A stretch of 63,590 bases of DNA, the filler included, from Octopus bimaculoides (Eukaryota), in NCBI RefSeq assembly GCF_001194135.2. It is 5 parts of 4 records of this genome, joined end to end, with 100 filler letters (N's around TTAATTAATTAA, not from the genome) between each part and the next. Parts side by side here need not be neighbours in the genome. Positions count along the whole stretch, not along the records: positions 1 to 12,163 come from NC_069001.1; positions 12,264 to 23,575 come from NC_068987.1; 3 more parts are not named here. The stretch is one strand, 5' to 3'. Shown one piece after another: positions 1 through 12,799 of this stretch. The translations under genes were made by a program, and so were the position numbers. Under the pieces are notes generated by a model. That model was given only the letters and a program-made list of their open reading frames with translations, was not told where the DNA came from and did no database searches. How positions within the stretch are numbered: the stretch's first letter is position 1; each line of letters opens with the position of its first letter.

Positions 1-325
1 AAGCAACGCTCAAGTTAAACCTATCCCACTACAAACCGTACTCAAGTTGAGCTTATCCCACCACAAGCAATGCTCAAGTTAAACCTATCCCACTACAAAC
101 CGTACTCAAGTTGAGCTTATCCCACCACAAGCAACGCTCAAGTTAAACCTATCCCACTACAAACCGTACTCAAGTTGAGCTTATCCCACCACAAGCAACG
201 CTCAAGTTAAACTTATCTCACTACAAACCGTACTCAAGTTAAGCTTATCCCACCACAAGCAACACTCAAGTTAAACCTATCCCACTACAAACCGTACTCA
301 AGTAAAGCTTATCCCACCACAAGCA
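1..325. repeat. 64-bp minisatellite (5 copies, cut by the window edge) built from two related 32-bp halves
   Basis: Units start at 1, 65, 129, 193, 257: AAGCAACGCTCAAGTTAAACCTATCCCACTAC + AAACCGTACTCAAGTTGAGCTTATCCCACCAC, with few substitutions. Confidence 0.95.
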
Positions 326-430
326 GACATTTTAAAACAACACATAACTCTGCCCATATATAAAACCTGTCCAGTGCATCTTTCTACACCAAGCATGTAT
401 TAAAAAGTGTCTCTCGTTCCAAAAGGATAC

Positions 431-510
431 GTCCTTGTTCAACAAATTTGGTTGCAGTTTTCAGATTCTCGGCCATGTGACATCGAACCATCATCACAGG
501 AAGGCGTCGC
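431..510 (-). CDS. IMP3: Internal coding exon of U3 small nucleolar RNP protein IMP3 (S4-domain region)
   Basis: 80-nt exon between ...ctgcAG and GTatcc encodes (R)RRLPVMMVRCHMAENLKTATKFVEQG(H). This matches the conserved IMP3 block CRRRLP...MA...A..FVEQGHVRVG and is in phase with the 1423-1497 exon. Confidence 0.92.
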
Positions 511-1133
511 CTGCAGAGGAAAAGAAAGAAATATGGTAAAATATATATAAGGAAACACACAATATTAGAATGTGCACTCACACAGAATGTAACACTATGT
601 GGTGACACAGAGAATGTTACACAGTGTAGTTACGTGCATGTGGCATGTATGTGTGTCTATATATATATATATATATATGTATATATANNNNNNNNNNNNN
701 NNNNNNNNNNNNNNNNNNNNNNNNNNNNNNNNNNNNNNNNNNNNNNNNNNNNNNNNNNNNNNNNNNNNNNNNNNNNNNNNNNNNNNNNNNNNNNNNNNNN
801 NNNNNNNNNNNNNNNNNNNNNNNNNNNNNNNNNNNNNNNNNNNNNNNNNNNATATATATATATATATATATAGTTCAAAAAAACAATAACAAAAAAACAA
901 AAAAACAACAAAGTGAGGATGTGATATGGATAGTATTATTGGACGCTCAGGAAAGGAAAGAGAGAGTGTATGACGTTTCGGGCGTAGCCCTTCGTCGGAA
1001 AGATGGAAAGTTCGGAGAATGGAAGAACGGAGAAAGAGGAAAATGGTACCGATGCCCACGAGGTTACATTACATCCATTTTCCATGCTGGCTTGGGTTGG
1101 ACAGTTTGACGGGTCAGTGAGGTATGGCTGGTT

Positions 1134-1315
1134 TAACTCCTTAGCATAATGCTTATCTATTCACATTGCTTTGAATAAATCATGCATTATTTAGTAGCTT
1201 TGAGATTTCAATGAAGCCATTGTTTATTTTTAGAATGACATTGTAGGGTAAGTGTAAGAGGCTGGATCTGGACGTTTCCGGAAATAAAACAAAGTAGAGT
1301 ATTTGAGCCTGGTAG
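1134..1315. mobile_element. Decayed TTAA-type (piggyBac-like) MITE fragment
   Basis: Starts tttaactcctttagc, resembling a TTAACCCTTT terminus; recalled as an abundant octopus MITE; right end not intact. Confidence 0.4.
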
Positions 1316-1422
1316 GGTCAGTTGAAATACCAAAGGGTCAAAGGAAAGTGCTCAAGTATGGCTACAGTCCAATTAATGAAAGCAGTAATTAAACAATGTT
1401 ATTAAAGTCCCTTGTTGCTTAC

Positions 1423-1497
1423 CTGCAGAATGATGTGGCAGAGACTTTGTTAGCCAATTCCAGGGAGAGTTTAGTTGAGATCAAACCAAGACAATAC
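1423..1497 (-). CDS. IMP3: Internal coding exon of IMP3
   Basis: 75-nt exon with acceptor cttttgtgtttcctttcAG and donor GTaagc encodes YCLGLISTKLSLELANKVSATSFC(R), similar to human [26 protein letters not shown]. Splicing to 510 completes AG|G = Arg. Confidence 0.92.
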
Positions 1498-1654
1498 CTG
1501 AAAGGAAACACAAAAGATATAAATATGGAGAACAATCATAAAAACTGATCAACAATGAAAAGGGGTACAGTCACTATATACATACACATATACATCATAT
1601 ATATATGCACACATACTGTACATACATTAACCATACACATATTTTGTTTCCAAA

Positions 1655-1877
1655 TAATAATGATCCTTTCTACTGGAAGCACAAGGCCCCAAATTTGGGG
1701 GAAGGGATTAAGTCAATTACATCAACCCCAGTGTGTAGCTGGTACTTATTTAATCGACCCTGAAAGGATGAAAGGCAAAGTCGACCTCAGCAGGAATTTG
1801 AACTCAGAACGTAGCAGCAGACGAAATACCGCTAAGCTTTGCGTCCAGCATGCTAACGATTCTGCCAGCATGCTGTC

Positions 1878-1879
<2 letters not shown>
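1655..1879 (-). mobile_element. tRNA-derived SINE, family B
   Basis: Reverse strand reads ...GCAGAATCGTTAGCA...GTTCTGAGTTCAAATT...GCCTTTCATCCTTTCAGGGTCGAT...AGTACCAG...AGAAAGGATC followed by (ATT)n; many homologous copies in the window. Confidence 0.85.
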
Positions 1880-1932
<53 letters not shown>

Positions 1933-3734
1933 GAGCAATATATATACATACATATATATATGCATATATACCTATAATATCCTGAGAAAAACAATGAGGG
2001 AGTGGGTAAGATCACAGATGGAATGCATCTGATCAGACAGGGCTACTTAATCAAGAATGAGATCAAGTTAAATAATAACAATGACTATGATGATGATGAT
2101 GATGATGACACCAGCACTCAGTATAAAAAGGATTAAAGAACTGGGTTCACAAGCAGCATGCAACCCTGATAAAAACAACAACTACATCTTTTAATCACAC
2201 CCTATCATCTTTAAAAGAAGGGAAAAAGAGAAAAGAGAAAGGGGGAAAAAAAGGAGATATGGGGTGGGGGACAAAGTGCACATTCAATAAGATAGTCTTA
2301 GGTATACTTATGTGTCCATGAATAAGACAGGATGGGCATGGCGGGAACATCTTTTGATGTTAGAATCTGCCTAATTGATCATGGTTGGAGTGAGTGGGAT
2401 GAAAACCAACACAGTCGCCAGCCCCCCACCAAAACCATGACCATCACTGTAGACCCAATACCACCACCATCTTCATAACTGCTAGTATCATAAACACCTC
2501 CCCACCCGCCACAAATCGTCACCACTTCCAACAACAGCAACAATAGTAAGTATTAAGGAGGGAGACGCAGGGGGTGGGGTGGGGGCGTAGATCCTCATCT
2601 TCCTCTCACAACAAAGTCATATGGGATGGTTACAGATGGAAGGAATGAGGTTGAAATTTGATCCAACGAATATCCAGGGCAACAGAGAAGGGGAGAGGGG
2701 GCAAAATGNNNNNNNNNNNNNNNNNNNNNNNNNNNNNNNNNNNNNNNNNNNNNNNNNNNNNNNNNNNNNNNNNNNNNNNNNNNNNNGGGGGGGGGGGGTG
2801 AAGGAAGTGGTGGTGGTCGTTATAGTAATAATGGGAGTGTGCTACCTGTGATGATTGTGGTGTGATGGTCATGGTTAGGTGGTGGTGGTGGTGGTGGTGG
2901 TAGTGATGAAGATGATGATAGTGATAGTGATGATGGCAAGTTGTAAGTGATGGTGATGATGATGGTGGTGGTGGTGGTGGTTGCCATGAGCAATGGTGGG
3001 TGGTGATGTCAGCAGTGATGATGATGAGGAGGAGGAGAAGGGTAATAATAGTAGTCATATAGTGATGATGGTGGTGGTGATGGTGATGATGGCGTGTGAC
3101 ATTCACAGACAGACTGCCAGCAGATCTCAGAACCACCACCACCACCACCACCACCACCACAACCACCACCACCACCACCACAACCACCNNNNNNNNNNNN
3201 NNNNNNNNNNNNNNNNNNNNNNNNNNNNNNNNNNNNNNNNNNNNNNNNNNNNNNNNNNNNNNNNNNNNNNNNNNNNNNNNNNNNNNNNNNNNNNNNNNNN
3301 NNNNNNNNNNNNNNNNNNNNNNNNNNNNNNNNNNNNNNNNNNNNNNNNNNNNNNNNNNNNNNNNNNNNNAGAATAGGATGGGGAGATCAGAAGTCTCAAG
3401 TGACATTACTGATGATGATGGTGATGGTGATGAAGGTGATGGTGATGCAACAGTTAAAATACTGGGAGGAGGACACTCGAATTCCTGTGGGTGTGCCTAC
3501 ATGCATGATGCCAAGGGGGAGCGGCTCACAAAAACGGCAGAAACCAAACCAGGTTACCCTTAAACTACCCTGATGATTTCTATCTCACCCTAAGTTGTTG
3601 TTGTTGTTGCTTAGCTACTCCCCACGCACCTCCCTGGGTCAGCTCTGATTAATTGGACCCTCTTCATCCAAACAACATTCCACACATCATCCAGCGATGG
3701 TTACACTGTAGCTGCAGATTATCAGATATCATGA

Positions 3735-4605
3735 CAAATTCTGTAGACAAATTTCTGTTGAAATACTTTATGAAAATCACAAAGAATTAAGGAAAATTAT
3801 TTTGTCATTATTTGGTTGATGTCTGCAACAATTCTATCATGAAGTCTGATGGAAGTTTTAACCGAAATCATTTTGAATCCGTTTGTTACCATATTTCTGT
3901 TGAAGTATGCTTTGGATTAATTTTGGAAATAATGAGGAATTAAGGAAAACAATTTTGTTGTTATACATTTACCCTTTTGATACCAACCTGCCTGGTTCTG
4001 TAATACAAATGTCTTGTTTTCATAAGTTTTGAATTAAAATCTTCCACCAAACCTTAGTCACAATTTATGTTCCTAACACTAGCTGAATGATAACTTAGTT
4101 ATTTTACTAAATTCTTTGTTATATTTAAAATTAATTCAAAGAAGCACAGAGCATCTCCACAGAAATATGGTAACAAAAGGGTTAACATAAGATTTTGATG
4201 GAAGGTTTAAAATTGAGATCACTTTAACCCTTTTGTTACCATATTTGTTTTTTAAATACACTGTCTTTGTTTCAATTAATTTTGGAAATAACGAAGGATT
4301 TCGTAAAACAACTTTGTCGTTATTAATCTGGTATTTGGAACATGAATTAACATGAAATTTTGATGGCAGAAAGTTTTAATTTAGACCATTTTAACCCTTT
4401 TGTTACCATATCTCTGGTGAAATACAGTAATTCTGTTTCAGTTAATTTTGGCAATACTGAAGAATTTGGTAAAATAATTGTCATTATTAAGCATAATTTT
4501 AATATGAAGTTCTAATGGCAGGATTTTAACTTAGATCCATTTAAAACAGGAAGCTTGTATGAGGACCAAGGGTGGTCTCGAGCAGGTTGGTGCCAAAAGT
4601 GTTAA
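3735..4605. mobile_element. Cluster of about 5 TTAA-flanked piggyBac-like MITE copies (tandem or nested)
   Basis: Complete copies at 4391-4605 (TTAACCCTTTTG...CAAAAGTGTTAA) and 3968-4185 (opposite orientation, ends CAAAAGGGTTAA); partial units at 4224-4390, ~3875-3967 and ~3735-3870. Confidence 0.75.
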
Positions 4606-4879
4606 GGGAGATTTAGCTGCTTATTGTAGCATATCAAGCTACCACAGAATGTGTCTTGTCAGCGTGTTTGTTTGTATTAGACGTTCTGTTTATCTTGCAG
4701 AATTACTCCCAGGGGAGAAAAAAAAAAGATAGTTAACAAAATTTCATTTACATCATCATCATTATCATCATCACCCAATATGTTATAGTGATCAAGGGTT
4801 AACGACCTCGTGAATTTACAAGATTTGGGAGCAGGGCTAATGGTCTTATGGTCTCAGAAATACCAATATTGTGGCAGGT

Positions 4880-5010
4880 GTAACTCATTTTCAGTTGAGT
4901 GGCTTGTAGGAGCAATGTGAAATGAAGTGCCTTGCCTAAGGATACAGTGTGCCACCTGGCCTGACACTTGAACCCTAGACTTTACAATCATCAGCCCAAC
5001 AGTCTGACCA
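4880..5010 (-). mobile_element. tRNA-derived SINE head fragment (family C-like)
   Basis: Reverse strand CCTTAGGCAAGGCACTTCATTTCACATTGCTCC matches 34660-34685 and 34775-34830. Confidence 0.6.
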
Positions 5011-5149
5011 CTGGTCTACCTGCCTCTCTGTCCACCTAGCTGTTAACAGGTACCACCAAGCAGGGACAGCACTATAAACCTGCTGTGTGTTTCATTAGAC
5101 AGTAGTGGTTGTTATGGTAAGACAAAGACAGGGAGATGGGGTCCTGCAA

Positions 5150-5340
5150 GGAACCGACCCATGTGGTCACTCAAACTACCAGAAATAGCAGGTAGTCCTT
5201 CATCAAATCATCCTCTAATGTTTTCGCAAAGAAAATAACATTGAATAACATATTTCAACAGGATGGTCAAGGAAGGAAGAATACCTTTGACCATAGGTCT
5301 GCTAAATCAGGACCAAAGGGGACTTAACTACAATGAAAGC
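5150..5340 (+). repeat. Dispersed repeat (SINE-tail-like); further copies at ~2150-2390 and ~6110-6230
   Basis: Shared ACAGGATGGTCA...CATAGGTCTGCT...ATCA(G/T)G segment at all three places. Confidence 0.6.
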
Positions 5341-6420
5341 CTATAGTTATGGACTACACTAAAACCAGGTATTTAATAGCAACCCAATCTGTAAGGAGGG
5401 CTCATTTCATGTCCTTTTATGTTCTCTGTGTGACCTGGGTAATTTGAAAGGTTTTCAAAAACTGTGTAGACACAGCCATGAAGTCGGGAGGTCAGCTTTG
5501 CAATCACACAATTCAATAAACCAACATTAACAGGCAACAGTTACACACATGTAGCAAACCCCAACCCAAATATTGAATGGAATAAGTACACAGAATTGCT
5601 CTCATCATGCCTCCACATGCAGTAGTCCCTAATTAAAAATTTCATTGCGATCCCAATAAAAACATGAAATCTCAATGGAACGTGTATCCTCCCCACCACC
5701 ACCACCGCCTTTCATCTCTGTCTATAATTTATTTTCATAGTTTTGTTTCCCTTGCAAATAGCATTTCACACCTAATTAGTAATAAACTCAATTACTGTGA
5801 TCATATTTTTCTGATAAACTGATAAGTAGCTACATTGAGATTTTCAAAATATCCAAATGAAAGAAAACGCAAATTCCAATTTGAACAACCATTTCCTCTC
5901 CACTTCTATTTCCCTTTATTTTTCAAAATTTGTCCTGTGCGTTTAATTGGTAATAAAGATTAAATCACTCAGTTAATTAATAATAATTAGTAATAAAGTT
6001 AAATTGCACTCATTTCTTCTACGCGTGTTATACTTAGCAACCAGTTGCTTTCAGAGCAAAGAAAACACACATAATAAATTGAGAAATGCATACATTTACA
6101 TTAGACAGATTGTATAATCTATTACGAGACCAAGAAAAAGACAGGATGGTCATAACTGGAACAGCTTTCGTCATAGCTCTGCTGAATCATGGTTGATCTT
6201 GGGTTAAACAGTAACAATAATAACAGAGGCAGTAAGTGCACATGGTTTGTGTGCGTGAACTCTGTGACTCACAAAACTGTAGATTCTAACGAAATGAAAA
6301 TGTAGACATTATAATACTACAAGTCTTCTACACAGTTTTCTCTCTCGCTATACAAGAATACACGTGGAGCTTTATTATATGCTGGACATTTGACATCCAA
6401 TTTAAATCTAATATGTATAT

Positions 6421-6590
6421 AGGCGCAAGCGTGGCTGAGTGGTAAGAAACTTGCTTACCAACCATATGCTTCTGGGTTCAGACCCACTGCATGACACCTT
6501 GGGCAAGTGTCTCCTACTGTAGCCTCAGGCCAACCAAAACTTTGTGAGTGGATTCGGTAGATAGAAACTGAAAGAAGCCCATCATATATG
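6421..6590 (+). mobile_element. tRNA-derived SINE family A, 5' half (CORE-like CCTTGGGCAAG motif)
   Basis: A box GTGGCTGAGTGG, B box GGGTTCAGACCC, then CACCTTGGGCAAGTGTCT and GAAACTGAAAGAAGCCC; homologous to 49822-50180. Confidence 0.85.
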
Positions 6591-6631
6591 TATATATATA
6601 ACTTCAAATCTCAGTGTTTGAATGTTTCATT

Positions 6632-6677
<46 letters not shown>

Positions 6678-7769
6678 NNNNNNNNNNNNNNNNNNNNNNN
6701 NNNNNNNNNNNNNNNNNNNNNNNNNNNNNNNNNNNNNNNNNNNNNNNNNNNNNNNNNNNNNNNNNNNNNNNNNNNNNNNNNNNNNNNNNNNNNNNNNNNN
6801 NNNNNNNNNNNNNNNNNNNNNNNNNNNNNNNNNNNNNNNNNNNNNNNNNNNNNNNNNNNNNNNNNNNNNNNNNNNNNNNNNNNNNNNNNNNNNNNNNNNN
6901 NNNNNNNNNNNNNNNNNNNNNNNNNNNNNNNNNNNNNNNNNNNNNNNNNNNNNNNNNNNNNNNNNNNNNNNNNNNNNNNNNNNNNNNNNNNNNNNNNNNN
7001 NNNNNNNNNNNNNNNNNNNNNNNNNNNNNNNNNNNNNNNNNNNNNNNNNNNNNNNNNNNNNNNNNNNNNNNNNNNNNNNNNNNNNNNNNNNNNNNNNNNN
7101 NNNNNNNNNNNNNNNNNNNNNNNNNNNNNNNNNNNNNNNNNNNNNNNNNNNNNNNNNNNNNNNNNNNNNNNNNNNNNNNNNNNNNNNNNNNNNNNNNNNN
7201 NNNNNNNNNNNNNNNNNNNNNNNNNNNNNNNNNNNNNNNNNNNNNNNNNNNNNNNNNNNNNNNNNNNNNNNNNNNNNNNNNNNNNNNNNNNNNNNNNNNN
7301 NNNNNNNNNNNNNNNNNNNNNNNNNNNNNNNNNNNNNNNNNNNNNNNNNNNNNNNNNNNNNNNNNNNNNNNNNNNNNNNNNNNNNNNNNNNNNNNNNNNN
7401 NNNNNNNNNNNNNNNNNNNNNNNNNNNNNNNNNNNNNNNNNNNNNNNNNNNNNNNNNNNNNNNNNNNNNNNNNNNNNNNNNNNNNNNNNNNNNNNNNNNN
7501 NNNNNNNNNNNNNNNNNNNNNNNNNNNNNNNNNNNNNNNNNNNNNNNNNNNNNNNNNNNNNNNNNNNNNNNNNNNNNNNNNNNNNNNNNNNNNNNNNNNN
7601 NNNNNNNNNNNNNNNNNNNNNNNNNNNNNNNNNNNNNNNNNNNNNNNNNNNNNNNNNNNTTTGTCAACTTATCAACTTTACTAAATAAAATAAGTCTCAA
7701 CAAGGCAGACCAACCATCATTCATTTTGGAGTCAGTTTGATGACACACACATATGTATATGTGTGTGCG

Positions 7770-7810
<41 letters not shown>

Positions 7811-7889
7811 CATATATATTATCATCATCATTTAATGTCCGTGTTCCATGCTAGCATGGGTGGGATGGTACCACAAGAGCTGGGCCAGG

Positions 7890-7936
<47 letters not shown>

Positions 7937-9163
7937 GATGCATTTATATCACACACACACACATCTATATATATGTGTATGTGTGTGTGTGTATATTATG
8001 TGTGTGTGTGTGTGTGTCGCCAGAAAGGACCGAATACAAAGCCGACCAGTGACGATGGTGATGATGGTGATGATGGTTTCTGAGAAAAAGAAAGAATATT
8101 TGACAATAATCCATTTATTTACAGAATTTGCTGATGTCACATGATAGTGACAAAGAGGATAGAGATGACAATGACGATGATGATGATGACGACTATGGCA
8201 ACAACAACAACAACAACAGCAGCAGCAGAGAAGAAGAACAGCAAGAATGTTGCAAGTTTGTCAAGAACGGTTCTCACAGACGGCAGCAAGATTCTTAGAA
8301 AGCAGAGGGTGGGGGGGGGTAGGAATGTAAGAGGGATGTTAGTGGGGTGTGTGATCCCACCAGGGTGTCACAGACAGGCAGATGGACGGACAGGCAGATG
8401 GAGACTGACTGCATTCAATCTTACCGTTGCTGCGTAAATAAACAAAATTAGAAAACTTAAANNNNNNNNNNNNNNNNNNNNNNNNNNNNNNNNNNNNNNN
8501 NNNNNNNNNNNNNNNNNNNNNNNNNNNNNNNNNNNNNNNNNNNNNNNNNNNNNNNNNNNNNNNNNNNNNNNNNNNNNNNNNNNNNNNNNNNNNNNNNNNN
8601 NNNNNNNNNNNNNNNNNNNNNNNNNNNNNNNNNNNNNNNNNNNNNNNNNNNNNNNNNNNNNNNNNNNNNNNNNNNNNNNNNNNNNNNNNNNNNNATATTT
8701 CTGTACCCCTAACGGCTGCTTTCTTCCACCCCAGCACAATCGCTGCCACACCCATCACTACCCTTATCACCACCACCACCACCACCACCACCGACAACAA
8801 CAACAATGCCAGAAATACTGGGAAAACAAAAAAAAGTTTGTGGTGGTGGTCGTGGTGAAAAAAAATGGTGGTAGCAACAATGGTGTTGTTGTTGGTAGTG
8901 GTGGTGGAGGCAGTGGTGGTGGTGGTGGTGGTGGTAGTAGTTGCAGTGATAATGGGCATACGCATGCACACACACACAGACACACATGGCAGTTTGTGCA
9001 TTTGTGTGTGTGTGTGTGTGTGTGTGTGTGATTACAAAGATGATGTTAATGGTGATGATGATGATAAGCGTGATGGTGGTGGTATTGACTGTGACAATAG
9101 TGCTGATGCTGATGGTGGTGGTGGTAAATGGCATTGTTTTTGATAGTAGTGACAATGGCAGTG

Positions 9164-9205
<42 letters not shown>

Positions 9206-10769
9206 TTGGTGGTGGTAGCGGTGGTAAGTGGATGGTATGTGCACACATACACACACACACAGGCTGATGATGAAGATGTTAATGGTGAAGATGATGATGA
9301 TGATTAATGGCACCAAAAGGTGATAATAATGGTGGTGATGATGATGATGTGATGAAAGTGTTCAGACTGATGCTGCTTCAGATAATTATGATGCTATGGG
9401 TGGGGGTAGTGTACACCATTATGATAATGATCTTCAGAGGGGGGGAATGAACAATTATGATGCTGGTGGACTTAATTCTGGTGGTGGTGGTCATGAAGTT
9501 GATGATGATAAGATTATGATGATGATGATGATGTGACAGTTCCTAATGACCCCCGTAAGACAAGTCAATGCCCACCCAATGAACTCAGTTCCCCAGTCAA
9601 CATCTAACTCTACTAATGTCATCTACAACAGGGGAAGGGCAGGTGGTGGTGTCGGTGGAGGAGAGATCATGATGATGGTGATGATGGTGGTGGTGGTGAT
9701 GAAACCAGCTTTGAACATCACAGCTCTTCTCATTGCCCTCCCTTTACATAATTACTATCTCACCCCTGCCTCCTGTCACCACAGCTCCTTTCAGTTATAG
9801 GTGGGGGACACACACACTTATACAAGTTATTTCATCCTTTTAAGATTTCCCTTTGTTTCTTCAATTTGTNNNNNNNNNNNNNNNNNNNNNNNNNNNNNNN
9901 NNNNNNNNNNNNNNNNNNNNNNNNNNNNNNNNNNNNNNNNNNNNNNNNNNNNNNNNNNNNNNNNNNNNNNNNNNNNNNNNNNNNNNNNNNNNNNNNNNNN
10001 NNNNNNNNNNNNNNNNNNNNNNNNNNNNNNNNNNNNNNNNNNNNNNNNNNNNNNNNNNNNNNNNNNNNNNNNNNNNNNNNNNNNNNNNNNNNNNNNNNNN
10101 NNNNNNNNNNNNNNNNNNNNNNNNNNNNNNNNNNNNNNNNNNNNNNNNNNNNNNNNNNNNNNNNCTGTTATTATTATTATTATTGAGAGAGAAAACAGTG
10201 CATGCCATCCAAGTGACACTGGGGTACAAATATACGAAGCCCAATATAGTCATCATAAGGGTACACCAGGCACATGCATCACAACCATATGTGCGCAACT
10301 TGGTCATCTCACATCAGGATAAACAGCACATGACCTTGCAGGTGGGGCCCAGTTAGAATTTTCTTCACGTCGAGTAGCCCATCCCACTCAAAAGATCCCT
10401 GAGTAAAGTTTCTTTAGGGATGTTGAACAAAACACCCATGTTTCCAGAGGTGAATTATCCAAACCACAAAGAATTCCTCTCGACACATGGCTATGATGCT
10501 CCCCAACTACTTCTGCTCATGATCAGAGATGCACATATCTTCAGCCACTAAGAGACATGCTCAACTGGTTAAGGTCAAACAACTGACAAGCAAATCTGTG
10601 GTATTAAGCAGAATATTTGCTGTAGCCCATCTTTTATACCAAGACAAGACAATGTACATGATAACACTTCCACTCAGCTAAGATCAGAAGCCATGAGAGC
10701 CACTGCCTGGATCACTGCATCAGGACATCGGTACTGTAACCATCATTACCATTATTTCACCTGTCACTA

Positions 10770-10933
10770 CGTTCTGAGTTCAAATTTCACCATGGTTAAC
10801 TTTGCCTTTCATCCTTTCGGGGGTCAATGAATTTAGAACCAGTGAAACACTGGGATTGAGGTAATCGATTGATTCCCTCCCCTCAAATTTCAGGCCTTGT
10901 GCCTTGAGTAGAAAGGATCATTATTATTATTAT
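10770..10933 (+). mobile_element. SINE family B, 5'-truncated
   Basis: GTTCTGAGTTCAAATT...GCCTTTCATCCTTTCGGGGGTC...AGAAAGGATC(ATT)n. Confidence 0.8.
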
Positions 10934-10997
10934 TTAGTAGTCTTATTTTTATCATGTGCTTTCACTGCACTACCGAGCACAGCTCTGCATGCCTTGG

Positions 10998-11063
<66 letters not shown>

Positions 11064-12007
11064 ATGCCTATATATTATGCAGGCAATGTTAGTATGCTGT
11101 ATTATTTATTACAAGGTGTCAGCATTATGTAATAAATACCAGAGTATCAGGCAGTTTGGTTGCACAGCTGCAATCTGGCTGTCGACACAATTCTATCGCA
11201 TCTGTGCAACTGCATGGAATGTAATGGAATTGGTGGGTGTCAACGACCAAACATCTTTGATGTTGATGGATGACAATGGTGGTGAGGAGGAGGAGGAGGA
11301 GGAAATGTGACACTTCCTCTAAGAGACAATACTAAATAATTAAGACAAAAAGAACATATTTATATATCTTTTAACTTTTACTTGTCTCAGCCCTTAGACT
11401 GTGGCCATGCTGGGGCACCACCTTGGGGAATTTTAGTTGAATAAATCAACCCCAGTATTTGTATATTTCATTATTTTTTTAAGGAAACGTGGGGTGGGAG
11501 GGGAAATGAGAAAGATAATTACTGTATGTCATAACAACAACAACGATGACAGCGACCAACAGCAACAACAACAATGCCATTGTTGTCATCAGTGGCCAAT
11601 GTTACTATCAATGTCCTCATTATCATCACTATCATCAACAATATCAGCAACAGCAGCACCATTGTTGGCTCATCATCATCATCATCATCATCATCATCAG
11701 CTACTATTGATGATGACCTCCATCACCACCACTCACACCATCCACTATGGCAGATGACAATCATCATCATCATCATCATCATCTTCATCAACAGCAGGAT
11801 TCCTAGAAATTAAAGCCAGAAAGAAGTGAAAGAGAAAGAACGAGACAGACAGACAGACACACGGACAGACCAATAAACACAGAGATGGACAGAGAGTGAG
11901 AGAGAGAGAAAGAGAAGGAAACAGAAGAAAGGTTGTGATGGTGGGGGTGTCGGAGACAGGGACCCAGTTTCAAAATATCAAATGGTTTCCCACAGGAGCA
12001 TGGTAGT

Positions 12008-12041
<34 letters not shown>

Positions 12042-12207
12042 ACTCTCTTTCTTCCCCCCCTCTCTCTCCAACCTTGCATCAACTCTCACTCTTCTCAATC
12101 ACAGTATAGTTGTATGGGGTGGGGGATGGGGAGATGCAACAGTAGAAGAGGAGGAGATGCAATNNNNNNNNNNNNNNNNNNNNNNNNNNNNNNNNNNNNN
12201 NNNNNNN

Positions 12208-12219
12208 TTAATTAATTAA
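12208..12219. other. Artificial assembly linker TTAATTAATTAA inside an N gap (also 23620-23631, 50225-50236, 60861-60872)
   Basis: Identical 12-mer with stops in all six frames, flanked each time by about 44 N on both sides. Confidence 0.9.
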
Positions 12220-12263
12220 NNNNNNNNNNNNNNNNNNNNNNNNNNNNNNNNNNNNNNNNNNNN

Positions 12264-12307
<44 letters not shown>

Positions 12308-12799
12308 GCAGAAATAGAAAAAAACTGATCAAGAACAACTGACTACCGTGGATTGTTATTTATTAGTACAAAAAAAATAGTTCCTATTTATTAGCCGTTT
12401 CTGCTTCCAATGTCCAGTAGTGATGCCAAAGAAAATTTAGAGAATATTAGTCTTCATATCTTGTAACCCATCCGACCTGGATCATGGAGCTTCATCAGAA
12501 TGAAGAAAAATACATAACATAAAATAAAAGAAGAGTCTGGAGAAGAGGAATGAAGGCTTAATATATTTGAATCATACCATTTTGCATTGTAACCTTTCAG
12601 GCTGTTGAGTAAATGGCTAGAGTAGAAATATTAATTGGTGGGTCAATCTTTCTTTAGGGGTAACAGCATGTATAAATATTAAAAGTATTAAAATAAGTAA
12701 TTTACTATAACTGGATTCGCCAATAGGTCTAGAAAAAGAGGGAGTGATAGTGCATAAGGTTTAGAAGTAATCATAATAGATCTTAAGAGTATATATTTT

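Noticed and set aside
1-325. CRISPR-like periodic array
   Set aside because: No unique spacers; a simple eukaryotic tandem repeat.
2570-2586. G-run (GGGGTGGGGTGGGGG) as a G-quadruplex element
   Set aside because: Such runs are common in this low-complexity background; no further support.
6018-6062. Possible 14-nt minus exon (QLVAK) as an IMP3 upstream exon
   Set aside because: Would give KY instead of the conserved KLY; weak donor.
12208-12219. TTAATTAATTAA islands (four copies) as a regulatory or palindromic motif
   Set aside because: Always embedded between equal N runs; six-frame stop linker from assembly.
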